A DNA stretch of 59,458 nucleotides, counting the filler, from Sphacelaria rigidula (Eukaryota): the NCBI GenBank assembly GCA_964200075.2. It is 7 parts of 7 records of this genome, joined end to end, with 100 filler letters (N's around TTAATTAATTAA, not from the genome) between each part and the next. Parts side by side here need not be neighbours in the genome. Positions count along the whole stretch, not along the records: positions 51,051 to 59,458 come from CAXNAA020011245.1; 6 more parts are not named here. One strand, written 5' to 3'. The notes beneath the pieces were generated by a model, which saw only the letters and a list, made by a program, of their open reading frames with translations, made no database searches and had not been told where the DNA came from. The position numbers and the translations under genes were made by a program. This document shows positions 57,345 through 59,458 of the stretch, in pieces. Every line of letters starts with the position of its first letter. The first letter of the stretch is position 1.

Positions 57345-57606
57345 TGGAGGCGAACGGGGGAACAGAGCCACCTGTCGACCTGGCTAGAGATGGCGCGGGA
57401 GGGCGGAAGTGGGCCACTCATGCAGCCGAGGACTCCGACAAAAATGGCCCCCCAACGGTGGGGTACCTGAACGAAGTAACGCAAGCTTCACGTTGGGCGG
57501 CTATTTTGTCAAGTCAACGTAGCGGCTGCTTGAGCAGTCGACTCCCGCCCTTTCGCGTCATCATAAGCCAGGTCGACTGGAGTCTCGGCTTCCCCGTTCG
57601 CCTCCA
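57345..57606. repeat. Inverted repeat, 84-bp arms, 94-bp spacer
   Basis: 57345-57428 vs the reverse complement of 57523-57606: 66/84 identical without gaps (manual count). Confidence 0.9.
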
Positions 57607-59458
57607 AGTCGTCATCGTAGTCTTCGTTCACCCTCGTGAACGAGCTATCATCAGCGCTGTCACGGGCGTTCACGGCATCCGCCATCGCCCCTTTTACGAT
57701 ATTTGTCCTACGGCTGTGTTCTTTAACCTTGGCCGTTATGGGGCAGGGTGTCTAGTTCCGTTTCGTGACCCTGAGTTGGGTTCCAACGCTTTGGGGTGTG
57801 GAGCAACTCAGGGTTTATTTGAAAATTGTGGAATTAATCTTGAGTTGCTGCGCACGTCTCTTCTCAGGGTTTAGTTTTCGGGATTCAACTAGGAGAATTC
57901 GTCATATCCTGGCCTTGAATCGCAACTTCTAAACCTAACCCTGAGTTTTTCCGGCCGTTTTTTTGTGCCTTGTTTCCGAAACTCTCTAACGAAACATTAC
58001 ATTCGAACGTTACACTTGTCAACGTAGCGTTATAATGGACGTTAAACGTATTATGAAACGTTTCGTATTACGATACATGTAACGAAACGTAACGTTGAAG
58101 TTTGTTTACGTGATGTACGTAAGTTAAACGTAACGTAAACGTTTCAAATGAAACGTGAACGTAACGTTAATTTGTGAACGTGACATACGTAACGTAATGT
58201 GAACGTTTATTCTTTTCCACGTGATGAACGTAACATGAACGTGAACGTGTAACGTGTATATCCCTGCAAGTTGCAGATCCGGCAACTATTTTATGTTTTC
58301 ACCGCATGATGCCGTTCAGGCTGGTGTGTCGGCAAGATGTTCACTCATGTTCGTTGAATCTTTGTGAGCTCCGGGAAACAACAAGCGATCTGTATGCATC
58401 GTTGGATCTTCCAGGTCTTCGGGCTAAGCAACAGGGGGGCAACACTCTTCTGGTCGTTGAGTTTCGGCTTTTTTCGATGGGGTGTAAGTTTACTAAAAAT
58501 GGCTACGGTTGTAATTTCTCGGCGTGTCTTGTGCTGAGACGGCGGTACGGTCACCACTTCACAAAAAACGGTCACCACTTCACAGACAAGGGTGAACAAA
58601 AAAAAAAACTGTGAAAAATAAATTTTGAGCAGAGGGCAGAGTGTACCCTCCTGGTTTGTTTACAAAAAGGGATACTTTCACAGACGCTCATTTTCGGCGC
58701 CGTATTTTAGCCCAGTAACACTTGTGGGAATGAAAAAAACGGACGTATGTTCTGCCTAGACACCTTGGGCGCGGGGCTGAGGTGCTGGAACGTGTTTTCA
58801 AGGTGCTTAGCCCGCGTGCAGCGCCGCGCTCCAACGCGAAAAAGGCGTAACCTTTCTTTGTTCCAGAAGTACCAGGGTGTACCCGTTTTTGTATGTTGCC
58901 CCTTATTTTTATATGAAAAGTGAAGCTTGTCATCAGCCATTAAGTTTGAAGGCCACAACTTGCACACGTACACCCTAACCCACGTACAAAAGAAACAGAT
59001 GCCACCACACTCATGATACATGATACAGGAGTAGGGTATTCTAGCCTCTGCACTCAGGGCATTGCGGCCTTTGGCCTCTCACCCGGCAAGCTACAAGCTA
59101 CAAGCTTCCACCTCTCCCCCCATCATCTACGGTCAGTCGACATTGAAAATCTTGTCGGACTACCGGTACCGATTGTACGCCGTGCAATATTTTCGTAAGA
59201 TTGAGAGTTGAAGACATGATGGAGAGTGATCACTTTACTCGAACGGCGATCACATGCACCCTTCAAATTGTTACACAACACGTTGGCTTGTAGCATAATA
59301 AGAGGCTAGTTGACCCTCAGAGCAGTAGACATGAAGAAACGCTCGTACACAATGGTTGGCAGGGATGACTACTCAATTTTAGAATTGATGAAGTTCTGAA
59401 AAAACATATGACTTGGGACAGGTGAGCAGTAGACCAAGCTCGTCCAGAACGTGTTTTT

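Larger units (their letters stand above)
53676..58266 (-). mobile_element. 4.6-kb hAT-like DNA transposon relic, same TIR family as the MITE at 11480-11793
   Basis: TIRs cagggatatacacgttacacgt / acgtgtaacgtgtatatccctg. ACGTTA-rich subterminal arrays at 53690-53915 and 57990-58250. 8-bp flanks caaattgg / caagttgc (6/8). Strand assignment rests only on weak transposase-like remnants. Confidence 0.8.

Noticed and set aside
53900..58000. Fanzor/TnpB or other nuclease cargo in the TIR element
   Set aside because: No RuvC-like (DPG, E, RD.NAA) or matching zinc-ribbon motifs in any frame I read.

Overview
Eukaryotic, intron-rich, transposon-dense DNA, most likely from a brown alga (Phaeophyceae, Ectocarpales-like). 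That assignment is inferred from the short exons with 0.6-3 kb introns, the TTAGGG motifs and the style of the TEs. The window is not one locus. It is seven contigs of near-identical length (8409, 8409, then five of 8408 bp) joined by 100-bp N44-TTAATTAATTAA-N44 linkers, i.e. an artificial length-sorted concatenation. Host genes are all partial: a FYVE zinc-finger protein (last 2 exons), a DUF3727-like acidic protein (3 exons), mitochondrial dihydrolipoamide dehydrogenase (exons 1-5, with a probable GC-AG first intron) and an AMP-dependent acyl-CoA synthetase (last 4 exons). Mobile DNA: a decayed Ty1/copia element plus a solo LTR of the same family, a gag/protease-like retroelement relic with an expanded zinc knuckle, a degenerate APE-RT LINE, RTE-like 3' ends, two tRNA-derived SINE families, a non-tRNA short element sharing the RTE tail, several hAT-type MITEs, a 4.6-kb hAT-like element, piggyBac-like TTAA MITEs, a foldback palindrome and a ~62-bp minisatellite. 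I found no clearly novel multi-gene system; the most notable signals concern TE-family architecture.
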